Shown: in pieces, positions 32,132 to 41,455 of the stretch
How the letters are laid out: every line of letters starts with the position of its first letter
How positions within the stretch are numbered: the first letter of the stretch is position 1
NCBI GenBank assembly: GCA_012960535.1
Contig: DUBB01000027.1
Span: forward strand, 111,487-175,486
Direction of reading: 5' to 3'
Length of the DNA stretch: 64,000 nucleotides
From: Gammaproteobacteria bacterium
GTDB taxonomy: Bacteria; Pseudomonadota; Gammaproteobacteria; Pseudomonadales; Azotimanducaceae
Position numbers and translations under genes: made by a program
The notes under the pieces: generated by a model
What the model was told of the DNA's origin: nothing
Databases searched by the model: none
What the model saw: the letters and a program-made list of their open reading frames with translations, nothing else

Positions 32132-32512
32132 CTACCTGCAAAGGTTGCTGGCAGTGTCATCACCGGAGCAGGTCCAGGCCAACCAGACCTGGGTAGCAGA
32201 GCCACCGCTATAAATCGAACTCATGGCACGGCGATCATAGAAGTTAACGGCAACAGCGGCAGTATCATTGTTAGGCCAGGCTGTACCAAAATAAGGTATT
32301 GGGAAATACTCACTGCTGCAGTTGACATCTGAAAGTTCAATGGTGAAGGCACCGAAATTTCAGTTTACCTGACCGACTCCAGCAGAATAACTTTTCCTGG
32401 GAAAGAACATGTTCAGGCCCTTTTCCCAGTCTTCTTCAACCATGCTTGCACATGCCGGATTGATAGCAGCCGCTGTGGTTTCGTCTGGAGAGACTGTGCC
32501 GGCCCCGCTCAT
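32132..32512 (-). pseudogene. 127-codon reading frame with an in-frame TGA at codon 51 (unknown family); nonsense pseudogene, or less likely a recoded gene
   Basis: Hand translation gives ATG 32512 MSGAGTVSPDETTAAAINPACASMVEEDWEKGLNMFFPRKSYSAGVGQVN, then TGA (32360-32362). It continues NFGAFTIELSDVNCSSEYFPIPYFGTAWPNNDTAAVAVNFYDRRAMSSIYSGGSATQVWLAWTCSGDDTASNLCR to TAG (32132-32134). The part after the TGA has no start codon of its own. It is co-directional with the upstream ArsR gene. Confidence 0.45.
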
Positions 32513-32551
32513 TGCTTTTTTTTGACACCCAGGCAATGAGCAAAGTAGCGA

Positions 32552-32845
32552 TTAGGTGCAATAAATATCGTAAAGCGTGGAGATTAATATTGCTGCTTCG
32601 CCTTCTTTTAGTGCGTAATAAACCGCCTGGGCTTCGCGTCTTGCTGTGACAACGTTTTCGTGCCTCATCCTGGCAAGATGCTGCGAAACCAATGACTGGC
32701 TGATATTAATTGTATTGGCTAGCTCGCCCACCGATTTCTCACCGACCTTTAATTCACAAAGGATCATGAGGCGATGCGGGTGCCCTAAAAGCTTCATCAT
32801 TCCACTGGCTTGCTCTGCCGCTGCCTGCATTTTCTGTAAATCCAT
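32552..32845 (-). CDS. ArsR/SmtB-family transcriptional regulator (SoxR-like position)
   Basis: LLGHPHRLMILCELKVGEKSVGELANTINISQSLVSQHLARMRHENVV is a winged-helix ArsR pattern. It is divergent from soxC. Confidence 0.85.
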   Translation of the reverse strand: MDLQKMQAAAEQASGMMKLLGHPHRLMILCELKVGEKSVGELANTINISQSLVSQHLARMRHENVVTARREAQAVYYALKEGEAAILISTLYDIYCT

Positions 32846-32874
32846 CGAGTCCCCCGGTTGATGAAAACGTGCAT

Positions 32875-32921
32875 GTATGTAAGAATTTTATAATATACTA
32901 AAATACGTTAATATTACCTAC
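32875..32921. promoter_or_regulatory. candidate operator / divergent promoter region between the ArsR gene and soxC
   Basis: An imperfect inverted repeat, GTATGTAAGAATT (32875-32887) and AATATTACCTAC (32910-32921). It flanks a TATAAT hexamer at 32889-32894 in a 98-bp AT-rich intergenic region. Confidence 0.3.
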
Positions 32922-32943
32922 GGATTTTGAAAGAGAATAGGTC

Positions 32944-34248
32944 ATGAAACACGATGCTACTCCAGAAAATGCCAAAAGCGTGAAGGTTTCGGCGGGAAAT
33001 GACCGACGTAGCTTCATGTTAGCTGGCCTGGGGTTAGCCGGTGGTGCTGCGGCGGGATCAATGGGTCTGCTAGCCGATGCGAAAGCAGGCAGTAATCTAC
33101 CTCCTGATGTGCCGATCTGGACAAAATCCCTGGGCTCAGGGGTTGTTGCCCATCCTTATGGTCAGCCGTCCCGGTATGAGGCACAGGTTGAGCGGAGAAC
33201 GGTAGATTGGCTCACCGCAGACCGCATGGCTTCTATTAGCTTTACTCCGCTTGCTGATTTAAAAGGCATTATAACGCCGAGCGGCCTGGTTTTTGAACGC
33301 TATCACTCAGGGCTTCCTGAGATTGACCCAGGACAACATCGCCTGATGATCCATGGCATGGTCAAGCAACCTTTGCTGTTGACCATGGATGATTTAATGC
33401 GTATGCCTTCGGTGAGCGTCATACGGTTTCTAGAATGCCCCGCCAATGGTGGCATGGAGTGGCGTGGTGCGCAGATGACGGGTGTACAGTTTACCCATGG
33501 CATGCTGGCATGCTGTGAATGGACCGGTGTACTGTTGTCGACCTTGCTGGAGGAGGTGGGGTTTTCCAGGGACGCGAGCTGGATACTGGCTGAGGGTGCC
33601 GACGGCGCTCATATGAGCCGAAGTATCCCCATGGAAAAGGCACTGGATGATACGCTGGTCGTGTACGCGCAAAATGGTGAAGCGCTTCGTCCTGAGCAGG
33701 GCTATCCGCTCAGGCTGATTAACCCTGGTTGGGAGGGTAATACCTGCATCAAATGGCTAAGGCGTCTGGAGATAGGAGACAAACCCTGGTACCAGCGTGA
33801 GGAAACCTCCAAATATACAGACCTGATGCCCGATGGTAAGGCCAGGGAGTTTACTTTTGTGCAGGAATGTAATTCAGTTATAACGTCGCCAAGTCCTGAA
33901 AAGCCACTGAAGGGCAAAGGTAAATACTGGATCGAAGGATTGGCCTGGTCGGGCAGGGGTAAGATCAAGCATGTTGATGTGTCGCTCGATGGCGGTATCT
34001 CCTGGCGCGAAGCCGGAATCACCAGTATCGTTTTACCCAGAGCATTAACCAGATTTGGGCTGGAGTTTGACTGGGATGGATCACCGGCTCTGCTGCAGAG
34101 CCGTGCGGTGGACGAAACCGGTTATGTCCAGCCTACCTATCAACAGTTGCGTGACGTGCGAGGAACCAATTCTATTTATCACAAGAACGCGATTCATACC
34201 TGGAATCTGCAACCTGGAGGCACTGTTGCGAATGTACAATTGTCCTGA
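32944..34248 (+). CDS. soxC: sulfane dehydrogenase molybdopterin subunit SoxC
   Basis: Tat signal (DRRSFMLAGLGLAGGAAAG). Sulfite-oxidase-family Moco domain (RFLECPANGG...). It is followed by a diheme SoxD-like gene. Confidence 0.88.
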   Translation: MKHDATPENAKSVKVSAGNDRRSFMLAGLGLAGGAAAGSMGLLADAKAGSNLPPDVPIWTKSLGSGVVAHPYGQPSRYEAQVERRTVDWLTADRMASISFTPLADLKGIITPSGLVFERYHSGLPEIDPGQHRLMIHGMVKQPLLLTMDDLMRMPSVSVIRFLECPANGGMEWRGAQMTGVQFTHGMLACCEWTGVLLSTLLEEVGFSRDASWILAEGADGAHMSRSIPMEKALDDTLVVYAQNGEALRPEQGYPLRLINPGWEGNTCIKWLRRLEIGDKPWYQREETSKYTDLMPDGKAREFTFVQECNSVITSPSPEKPLKGKGKYWIEGLAWSGRGKIKHVDVSLDGGISWREAGITSIVLPRALTRFGLEFDWDGSPALLQSRAVDETGYVQPTYQQLRDVRGTNSIYHKNAIHTWNLQPGGTVANVQLS

Positions 34249-35194
34249 CTCAATAACAGATAGCCAAGGCAGAGTCGGGTCAGTCAGTCTGTTTAAGCTG
34301 GCTGCAGCATTCGTCGTGTTGTTTTTGCTGACCAGTGGTATTGTCAATGCAACGGACAGAACTGGGTATTATGGATTGGGGACACCGGCCTCTCCGGAAG
34401 AAATTAGAGGTTGGGATATCGATATCCGACCCGACGGGAAGGGCTTGCCTGAAGGACAGGGATCGGTTGAGGATGGTGAGTTTCTTTATGAACAGCAATG
34501 TGCTGAATGCCATGGCAGTTTCGGTGAAGGTGTTGGCCGTTTTCCGGTACTGGCGGGCGGAGAAGGAACACTAACGGACTCTAGACCTTCAAAAACCATC
34601 GGTAGCTACTGGGCGCATACCAGTACGCTCTGGGATTATATACGCAGGACCATGCCCTTTACCGCGCCGGAATCTTTAACCAGCGATGAGGTTTATGCGG
34701 TAACAGCCTATGTCCTCTATCTGAACGATCTCATCGAAGATGACTTTGTTCTATCCAGGGACAATTTTACCAGCATTGAACTGCCCAATAATTTAAATTT
34801 TATCCCTGATCAGCGACCCGACGTGGCCAATGGCCGGTGTATGCAGGACTGTAAAGATCCTGCGTCAATCAGAATTGTTTCCTCGGTGATGCCGGTTGTT
34901 CGGGCTGTGGCCACCCCTGTTATCGACAATCGGGCTGCACAGGCTGCAGGGGAAAAAATTTATGGCCAGTATTGCTCGTTATGCCATAAGTCCGGTATGG
35001 GAGGGGCGCCTATTGTCGGCGAAGTGAGTGATTGGCAGGACAGGGAAGCAGGCGGTATGGTGGCATTAAAAAAACGAGCTATTGATGGTTATACTGGTCA
35101 GTACGGGTTCATGCCCCCAAAAGGCGGTTTTACTCATTTAACAGATCAGGAAATTGAAGAGGTGGTCGAATATATGGTGGACTCCAGCCAGTGA
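34232..35194 (+). CDS. soxD: diheme cytochrome c SoxD
   Basis: Two CxxCH motifs (CAECH, CSLCH). Signal-like SLFKLAAAFVVLFLLTSGIVNA. The track ORF extends upstream into soxC. ATG 34232 overlaps the soxC end by 17 nt and is the first plausible start. Confidence 0.8.
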   Translation: MYNCPDSITDSQGRVGSVSLFKLAAAFVVLFLLTSGIVNATDRTGYYGLGTPASPEEIRGWDIDIRPDGKGLPEGQGSVEDGEFLYEQQCAECHGSFGEGVGRFPVLAGGEGTLTDSRPSKTIGSYWAHTSTLWDYIRRTMPFTAPESLTSDEVYAVTAYVLYLNDLIEDDFVLSRDNFTSIELPNNLNFIPDQRPDVANGRCMQDCKDPASIRIVSSVMPVVRAVATPVIDNRAAQAAGEKIYGQYCSLCHKSGMGGAPIVGEVSDWQDREAGGMVALKKRAIDGYTGQYGFMPPKGGFTHLTDQEIEEVVEYMVDSSQ

Positions 35195-35568
35195 ATAGAA
35201 ACCTGAGCATGATATTGCGGTTGACGGCGCTGGTCGCCAGCATTTTGTTCCCGGTCAGTCTAGCCCTGGCAGAAGAGTTGCCTGAGGTGATCCCCACCAG
35301 CATTGATAAAGGCAGGTCAATTGCTTTCAACCGGAATGCCGGGAATTGCCTTTCCTGTCATTTTGTGGTCGACGCCGAATTGCCAGGTAACCTTGGCCCA
35401 CCCCTGATACAGATGCAGGCAAGGTTTCCGGACAGGGCGGTTTTGAGGGCTCAGATATGGAATGCAGCGAGTCAGAATCCAGATACGATCATGCCACCTT
35501 ATGGCAAACATAATATTTTAACGGAAAGTGAAGTTGACCTGGTGGTTGACTACATTTATTCCCTTTAA
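35191..35568 (+). CDS. soxX: monoheme cytochrome c SoxX
   Basis: Signal peptide and a single CLSCH. Pattern GNLGPPL...MPPYG, typical of SoxX. The GTG start overlaps the soxD stop (alternative ATG at 35209). Confidence 0.85.
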   Translation: MNRNLSMILRLTALVASILFPVSLALAEELPEVIPTSIDKGRSIAFNRNAGNCLSCHFVVDAELPGNLGPPLIQMQARFPDRAVLRAQIWNAASQNPDTIMPPYGKHNILTESEVDLVVDYIYSL

Positions 35569-35593
35569 TTCGTTTTCAGACGGAGATGTTAAT

Positions 35594-36046
35594 ATGAATG
35601 TGCTTGTAAACAGACGCAGAATGCTGGGCGGCTTGCTGTCACTTATTGCCTTGGGTGTAGCACCACTGAAGGTGTTGGCGCGGGTCACTAAGGCATTTCA
35701 AGCAACTGAGTTGGATGGCGTATACGCAGAATTGTTTGCCGATATGGAAATAATTGAGAGCGCCGATATAAAGATGCGCATTCCTGATATTGCTGAAAAC
35801 GGTGCTGTGGTCCCGGTATCGATCTCTACATCGCTTGAAAATGTGCAATCCATTCATGTCATTATTGACCAGAATCCCAATCCGTTGTCCGCCAGTTTTG
35901 AACTGACTGATTCAAGTCCAGCTGATATTTCCACACGCGTTAAGATGGGCAAGAGTTCGGTCGTGCGGGCGATGGTGAAGACAGTGGATAAGGTCTATAT
36001 GACCCAGCAGCAAGTCAAAGTCACCATCGGTGGATGCGGAGGCTAA
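35594..36046 (+). CDS. soxY: sulfur carrier protein SoxY
   Basis: Tat signal (NRRRMLGGLL) and the diagnostic C-terminal GGCGG. GGAG lies before ATG 35594. Confidence 0.92.
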   Translation: MNVLVNRRRMLGGLLSLIALGVAPLKVLARVTKAFQATELDGVYAELFADMEIIESADIKMRIPDIAENGAVVPVSISTSLENVQSIHVIIDQNPNPLSASFELTDSSPADISTRVKMGKSSVVRAMVKTVDKVYMTQQQVKVTIGGCGG

Positions 36047-36062
36047 GGCCAAGGAGAATATT

Positions 36063-36377
36063 ATGGCGGTTAAACCCGTTAAGATCAGAGGAAAAATCAA
36101 ACAGGGCGTTGCCCAGATCAAGGCCCTTATGCCCCATCCAATGGAGACGGGGACGCGTCGGGCGGCCGACGGGAGTATTATTCCAGCTCACTATATAGAA
36201 GAAGTCGTTTGCAAGCACAATGGTAAGGTCACCATGAAGGCGCTTTGGGGTGCTTCTGTGTCGAAGAACCCCTATTTTGCATTCAAGGTTAAAGGGGCTG
36301 TTTCTGGAGACACCATCACCATCACCTGGGCGGATAATCTAGGCGAATCTGCAAGTGGGGAATTGACGCTTAAATGA
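36063..36377 (+). CDS. soxZ: sulfur compound chelating protein SoxZ
   Basis: IKALMPHPMETGTRRAADGSIIPAHYIEEV is typical of SoxZ. AAGGAG lies 7 nt before ATG 36063. Confidence 0.9.
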   Translation: MAVKPVKIRGKIKQGVAQIKALMPHPMETGTRRAADGSIIPAHYIEEVVCKHNGKVTMKALWGASVSKNPYFAFKVKGAVSGDTITITWADNLGESASGELTLK

Positions 36378-37210
36378 ATTCGGGACCCAGTATGAAAATT
36401 TTAGTTGCCTTGCTTGTTGTCTTCAGTGTCACCCTGCCGGCACTGGCTGATCCGGAAGCGGACCGCCTGGCATTTGCTGAGTTTTATCTTTCACGATTTC
36501 CTTCTATTGAACTACAGGCGCATAAGGATGGGGCTTATGCGCTTGACCAGGCTAAACGTGAACAATGGCTGGAAATGGAAGATTTTCCGCCCTATGAAAT
36601 AGCCGTAGATGAGGGTGAACTCTTATATGCGCGGGCATTTGACAATGGTGAGAGCTACGCAGCCTGCTTCGACCAGGGTGGATTGGGTATTAAACAGAAT
36701 TACCCCTATTTTGATATTGAAAGGTCCGAGGTCATTACCCTTGAGATGGCTCTGAACCTTTGCAGGGAAAAACACGGTGAAGCGCCCCTGGACTATGCGG
36801 GTGAACTGATGGGCAACCTCACGGCTTATATGGCTTATACCTCCAGGGGTAATAAGTTTGCTATTACGGTCCCGCCTGAGGGTCTGTCAGCGTACGAGGC
36901 AGGCAAGCAGTTTTTCTATGAACGAAGAGGGCAGCTGAATTTTGCCTGTAGCAGTTGTCATCTGCAGTCAGCAGGCGGCATGTTGCGGGCAGAAATACTC
37001 AGTGCCTCCATAGGCCATGCAACCCATTGGCCGACTTATCGGTTCAAGTGGGAGCAGATAGGGGGGCTACACAAGCGCTTTATAGAATGTAACGAGCAGG
37101 TCGGTGCCGAGGGCCTTGCGCAGCAGAGCCCGGCTTATCGGAACCTCGAATACTTCCTGACCTATATGAATAACGGCATGACGCTTAACGGGCCAGCCAG
37201 CAGGAAATAA
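36374..37210 (+). CDS. soxA: cytochrome c SoxA, monoheme type
   Basis: Signal peptide and only one CxxCH (CSSCH). The position of the first heme site reads ACFDQG. A conserved Cys region (FIECNEQ) is present. The start overlaps the soxZ stop (ATGA). Confidence 0.88.
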   Translation: MNSGPSMKILVALLVVFSVTLPALADPEADRLAFAEFYLSRFPSIELQAHKDGAYALDQAKREQWLEMEDFPPYEIAVDEGELLYARAFDNGESYAACFDQGGLGIKQNYPYFDIERSEVITLEMALNLCREKHGEAPLDYAGELMGNLTAYMAYTSRGNKFAITVPPEGLSAYEAGKQFFYERRGQLNFACSSCHLQSAGGMLRAEILSASIGHATHWPTYRFKWEQIGGLHKRFIECNEQVGAEGLAQQSPAYRNLEYFLTYMNNGMTLNGPASRK

Positions 37211-37213
37211 ACC

Positions 37214-37570
37214 ATGATTACAATTGTATCTCGTTATAGCCTGCACCTATGCCTGGTTTTATCGCTCTTTGGCTGTGGCGAATCTAACTCTGTTAAGCCT
37301 GGTGAAGCTACTCTTGCGAAAGCTGACGCGGCTGCTAGCGACAGTCCAGAGGTAATCCTGTTTGCGACAAAATCACTTTATAATGGGGCTAAACAGAAAG
37401 ATCATGCCTGGATCGCGACCAGCCGGGAGATTGCAGTAGCCGAAAAGGCCCTGGAAGCAGGGGATTTGGCTGCTGCTCGACAAGCAGCCCTAAGAGCGCA
37501 GCTAACAGCCCAGGCTTCATTGGCACAGGCCAATCTGGAAAGTCAGGCCTGGCGTACCAGAGTGCCCTAA
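37214..37570 (+). CDS. small predicted lipoprotein between soxA and soxB (SoxK-position ORF, family unknown)
   Basis: Lipobox LSLFGC. The C-terminal half is Ala-rich and helical (DLAAARQAALRAQLTAQASLAQANLE). It starts 3 nt after the soxA stop. Confidence 0.6.
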   Translation: MITIVSRYSLHLCLVLSLFGCGESNSVKPGEATLAKADAAASDSPEVILFATKSLYNGAKQKDHAWIATSREIAVAEKALEAGDLAAARQAALRAQLTAQASLAQANLESQAWRTRVP

Positions 37571-37646
37571 AGCTGGCCAATTGCAGGCAGGAGCAGGTAC
37601 TGCGCCCGGGTGATATCGCTAATTATTTTAATGAGTCGATTGATCA

Positions 37647-39407
37647 ATGAATCGAAGGGAATTTCTAGCGTTACTGAGTAAGGCATGGATTGCAGCAAGT
37701 GTTTCCGGTTGCTCTTCCTTGAGGCCGTTACGAGCAGAAAACCTTTACCAGTTGGCGCCCTTTGGTCAGGCTAGAATTCTCCATATAACGGATACCCACG
37801 CTCAGTTACACCCCGTTTATTTTCGCGAACCCAATGTCAATATTGGCGTCGGTTCTGCGGCGGGTAAGTTTCCGCATCGCGTCGGTAGAAACCTTCTTGA
37901 TGCGATTTCAACAGCTGCCCCTGCGGATATTCATGCCCTGACTTACCTGGATTTTGCAGAAGCATCTGAACGTTACGGCAAGGTAGGTGGGTTCCAGTAT
38001 CTCAGGTCATTGATTGAGCAATTGCGGAGCTCAGCACCCGGATCGTTGCTTCTCGATGGTGGAGATACCTGGCAGGGTTCGGGGACTGCGTTGTGGACAC
38101 GCGGTCAGGACATGGTAGGCGCCTGCAACTTGCTGGGTGTTGACGTCATGACAGGACATTGGGAATTTACCTACCGGGAAGAAGAGATCCTGTCAAATGT
38201 GCGGGCTTTTAATGGTGATTTTGTCGCCCAGAATATCCGTGCCACGGAGGATGCTCTGTTTGAAGGTGTCGAGGTTTACGACGAAGATAGCGGCCACGTG
38301 TTCCCACCCTATACAATGAAGCAGGTCAATGGGAAAAGCATCGCTGTTATTGGCCAGGCATTCCCTTACACGCCTATCGCCAATCCCAGACGATTTATTC
38401 CAAACTGGACCTTTGGTATTCAGGAACAGGATCTCAATGCACTGGTAGAGCGGATAAGAGGCAGCGAACAACCCGATGCCGTTATCCTGTTATCTCACAA
38501 TGGCATGGATGTGGATTTGAAGCTGGCAAGCCGGGTTAGTGGTGTGGATTTTATTATGGGCGGCCATACTCATGATGGCGTACCGGTTCCCATAGAAGTA
38601 AAGAATGCGGGAGGCACCACGGTGGTGACCAATGCGGGCTCAAACGGTAAGTTTGTAGCCGTGCTGGATCTGGATTTTGGTCGCTCTGGACTCAACGGTT
38701 ACCGATATCAACTGCTGCCTGTTTTTGCCAACCTGTTACCCGCCGATAAAGCCATGCAGGCTTACATTGATAAAGTCCGCCAGCCGTATGCAGACGTATT
38801 GGATGAGAAGCTGGCTATCGCCGATACCTTGTTGTATAGACGAGGCAACTTCAACGGCACTTTCGATCAGGTTATCTGCGATGCATTGATCCAGGAATTA
38901 GATGCTCAGATTGCATTGTCGCCGGGGTTTCGCTGGGGCACTTCAGTATTACCCGGGCAGGCGATCACCATGGAAAGATTGCTTGACCAGACGTGTATGA
39001 CCTACCCTGAAACTTATGTCAGGGACATGACCGGAACAGAAATCAAGACCATCATGGAAAGTGTTGCCGATAATCTATTTAATATTGACCCCTACTATCA
39101 GCAGGGTGGTGACATGGTTCGCACGGGCGGGATGAACTATAGCTGCGCGCCCAGGGCCAGTATGGGGTCTAGAATCACTGATATGCAGCTTAGAGATGGC
39201 CGTTATATTGAAGATTCCAAAACTTACCGGGTAGCAGGATGGGCAACGGTTGCTGCCCAGTCTCCTGGTGAGCCGGTCTGGGACGTTGTTGCTAATTATC
39301 TTCGCGACAAACAGGTGGTCAGTGTTGATCGCTTTGAGACACCTCGATTGAAAGGTATTGCTGGGAATTCTGGCATCGCGGATTATGCGGGTGGAATATC
39401 GGGGTAA
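37647..39407 (+). CDS. soxB: thiosulfohydrolase SoxB
   Basis: Tat signal (MNRREFLALL). Dinuclear metallophosphoesterase/5'-nucleotidase patterns (ILHITDTHAQ, LLLDGGDTWQGS, GHWEF, LLSHNG, GGHTHD). 586 aa. Confidence 0.92.
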   Translation: MNRREFLALLSKAWIAASVSGCSSLRPLRAENLYQLAPFGQARILHITDTHAQLHPVYFREPNVNIGVGSAAGKFPHRVGRNLLDAISTAAPADIHALTYLDFAEASERYGKVGGFQYLRSLIEQLRSSAPGSLLLDGGDTWQGSGTALWTRGQDMVGACNLLGVDVMTGHWEFTYREEEILSNVRAFNGDFVAQNIRATEDALFEGVEVYDEDSGHVFPPYTMKQVNGKSIAVIGQAFPYTPIANPRRFIPNWTFGIQEQDLNALVERIRGSEQPDAVILLSHNGMDVDLKLASRVSGVDFIMGGHTHDGVPVPIEVKNAGGTTVVTNAGSNGKFVAVLDLDFGRSGLNGYRYQLLPVFANLLPADKAMQAYIDKVRQPYADVLDEKLAIADTLLYRRGNFNGTFDQVICDALIQELDAQIALSPGFRWGTSVLPGQAITMERLLDQTCMTYPETYVRDMTGTEIKTIMESVADNLFNIDPYYQQGGDMVRTGGMNYSCAPRASMGSRITDMQLRDGRYIEDSKTYRVAGWATVAAQSPGEPVWDVVANYLRDKQVVSVDRFETPRLKGIAGNSGIADYAGGISG

Positions 39408-39504
39408 TTATACTGTAGAGGCGGTTTTCTACGGCAATGAAACCTTGCCTTGGCTGATGGATCAACGCAGACTGGTTCTATTCTAGGACAACGGAAAACA
39501 CGCC

Positions 39505-39963
39505 ATGCGCCTCATTTACTTTACTCGAGTTTTCCTGGGCTATGTGCTCATTGCATTGCTCAGTAAACAGGCGCTTGCTAGCGACCTGGACAGTAAACCG
39601 TTTGCAGAACATCAAGTCATATTACAAGTGAGTGATGCAGACGCCAGCAAGTATTCAACGGCATTGGATATTGCCAATAACCTGATTAAGCACTACGGAA
39701 GTCCTGACCTGATTGATATCGAGGTTATTGCCTTTGGTAAAGGTGTCGGCATGCTATTGGAAAAACAGAATGTGAATGCCTCGAGGATTGAGAGTTTGAT
39801 GGATAATGGGGTTAGATTTTATGTTTGCCTGAACACAATTGACACCCTATATCGGAAAACCGGTATTCTTCCGGTTCTTTTCCCTGGTGTTGAAGGAGTA
39901 CAGACCGGCGTCGTTTTTATGTTGGATGAAATTAATACAGGTTATACCCACATCCATCCTTAG
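39505..39963 (+). CDS. DsrE/DsrF-like family protein with signal peptide (COG1416-like)
   Basis: Signal peptide followed by VILQVSDADASKYSTALDIANNLIKHYG...IEVIAFGKGVGMLL...GVRFYVCLNT...GVEGVQTGVVFMLDEINTGYTHIHP, which matches the DsrE-fold pattern. Confidence 0.65.
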   Translation: MRLIYFTRVFLGYVLIALLSKQALASDLDSKPFAEHQVILQVSDADASKYSTALDIANNLIKHYGSPDLIDIEVIAFGKGVGMLLEKQNVNASRIESLMDNGVRFYVCLNTIDTLYRKTGILPVLFPGVEGVQTGVVFMLDEINTGYTHIHP

Positions 39964-40148
39964 ATAGACTGTTGTGGCTTTAATGTTGGGTGAATTAAAG
40001 CAGACTATGCCCGCTATCTATCGGTAGTAAATCGCAGGTTGTTGAACAGCGTCTCTCCAGTGAAACCAGAGGCACCCCACGTGCATGAATATCTGACAAG
40101 CCGGGGTGATAGGCCCCGACCGTTAAATGGTGTTTGTACTGGCGCGAT

Positions 40149-40679
40149 CTATTCGTATTGATCTTTTAATACGAAGAATGCAGTAAATAACAAAGCCAGG
40201 CTAAAAGGGATGGCCAGGTAGATGCCATTCACACCCAGTAAGCTTTCAAGGGTAATCTTTCCGAAATTGGCATTCTGCATTAGCAGTTGGTCCAGAGAGG
40301 GGAAAGCAAACGAAAAAATAAGCGCGCCCACCAGGGCACCAGCCAGGGTTGCCAGGGCATCTTTTTTGCCCTCTGATGTGCCAACGACACAAGTTCCAGG
40401 ACAGTATCCGGAAATGGCCCAGCCAATGCCAAAGATAGCACCGCCACCGATCACACCCCAGACATAGGCGGGCTTAATACTCATGTTAGCCAGGCCACCG
40501 AAGTCGAGTAGATAGACGCCAAGAGAGCCTACGCCTACGGCAGTCATCATCAATTTGATAATGGTCATATCTTTCAATAACAGTGTGCCCAGTATCTTCC
40601 GGTAACTCGATGCGCCACCCAGGTATAAAATTGCGCCAAAGCACAAGCCGATTCCAAAACCCGTTGCCATAGTCATCAT
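40149..40679 (-). CDS. YeeE/YedE-family sulfur-compound transporter, C-terminal half-size subunit
   Basis: Polytopic membrane protein with the conserved Cys motif GYCPGTCVVG. It overlaps the upstream half-gene by 4 nt. Confidence 0.8.
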   Translation of the reverse strand: MMTMATGFGIGLCFGAILYLGGASSYRKILGTLLLKDMTIIKLMMTAVGVGSLGVYLLDFGGLANMSIKPAYVWGVIGGGAIFGIGWAISGYCPGTCVVGTSEGKKDALATLAGALVGALIFSFAFPSLDQLLMQNANFGKITLESLLGVNGIYLAIPFSLALLFTAFFVLKDQYE

Positions 40680-41218
40680 GACAGGTCTCCTTTTTCTCGA
40701 TAAAGTAGCTTCGCCGTAATAATTGCCACCGTAAAAGTGGTTACGCCAAAGATGAAGCTGCTAATGGCTAACTGGGATATGCCGCTGATCATGTGTCCGC
40801 TGGTACATCCGCCTGCTAGCCTTGCGCCAAACAGCAGCAGGAATCCGCCTGCAAAGGCTGCAGCATAGCGGTTCAGTTCAGATGGGCCGAATTTAGCCGA
40901 CCACATTGGCGGCATAGAGCCTTTGTCAGCATCGGGCTGCCGGGTGGAAAAAAGTGCCGAGCATATAGCCCCACCAACCAGCATTCCGAATACCAGCATC
41001 CAGCCATAATCGATAGACCAGTCAGATTTTTCACCGTATTTGGCCAGATACTGGTTGTCTTCGGCCAGTTTCGGTGCAATCTGGTGCATCACCACAGCAT
41101 CGGTTACTACAAATTGGGTCGATACACCTAAAGGCTTTACCAAAAAGGTTGCCAGGGTCAGGAGCAGGCCCAGCGCAATACCTGCTGCCTTCCAGGATAT
41201 GATAGGTTGATCATTCAT
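40676..41218 (-). CDS. YeeE/YedE-family sulfur-compound transporter, N-terminal half-size subunit
   Basis: Polytopic membrane protein with the conserved motif LAGGCTSGH. Confidence 0.8.
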   Translation of the reverse strand: MNDQPIISWKAAGIALGLLLTLATFLVKPLGVSTQFVVTDAVVMHQIAPKLAEDNQYLAKYGEKSDWSIDYGWMLVFGMLVGGAICSALFSTRQPDADKGSMPPMWSAKFGPSELNRYAAAFAGGFLLLFGARLAGGCTSGHMISGISQLAISSFIFGVTTFTVAIITAKLLYREKGDLS

Positions 41219-41455
41219 AATGTAAGGTTCCTTTTTTGGTACTGCATTTATCTAAAATTAATCTAGCATCTTATTATATTAAGTTAAACATATATGTTAA
41301 TTTTAAAATAATTAAGAATCTCCCAAAGAGGTTCATTCTGTCGGGCTAACAGTTACTATAATATTAAGCACTTAAGCAGAATCTAGCGCTAACATAAACT
41401 GAATCACCGGTTCTGTCTGCGGCCCAGCGGACAGGGGTAAACTCAGAGGCTTGCT

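Noticed and set aside
32072-32332. 86-aa plus-strand ORF
   Set aside because: It is antisense to the more protein-like minus-strand frame. It has no SD sequence and no family resemblance.
32320-32359. SECIS-like element after the in-frame TGA
   Set aside because: The candidate hairpin has a 4-bp core stem with a bulged extension. It lacks the apical-loop features of the fdhF-type SECIS. It is retained only as a caveat in the TGA finding.
39977-40001. Hairpin GCTTTAAT-N9-ATTAAAGC after the DsrE-like gene as a terminator
   Set aside because: It is an AT-rich 8-bp stem with a 9-nt loop and no following T tract on either strand. That is too weak to call.
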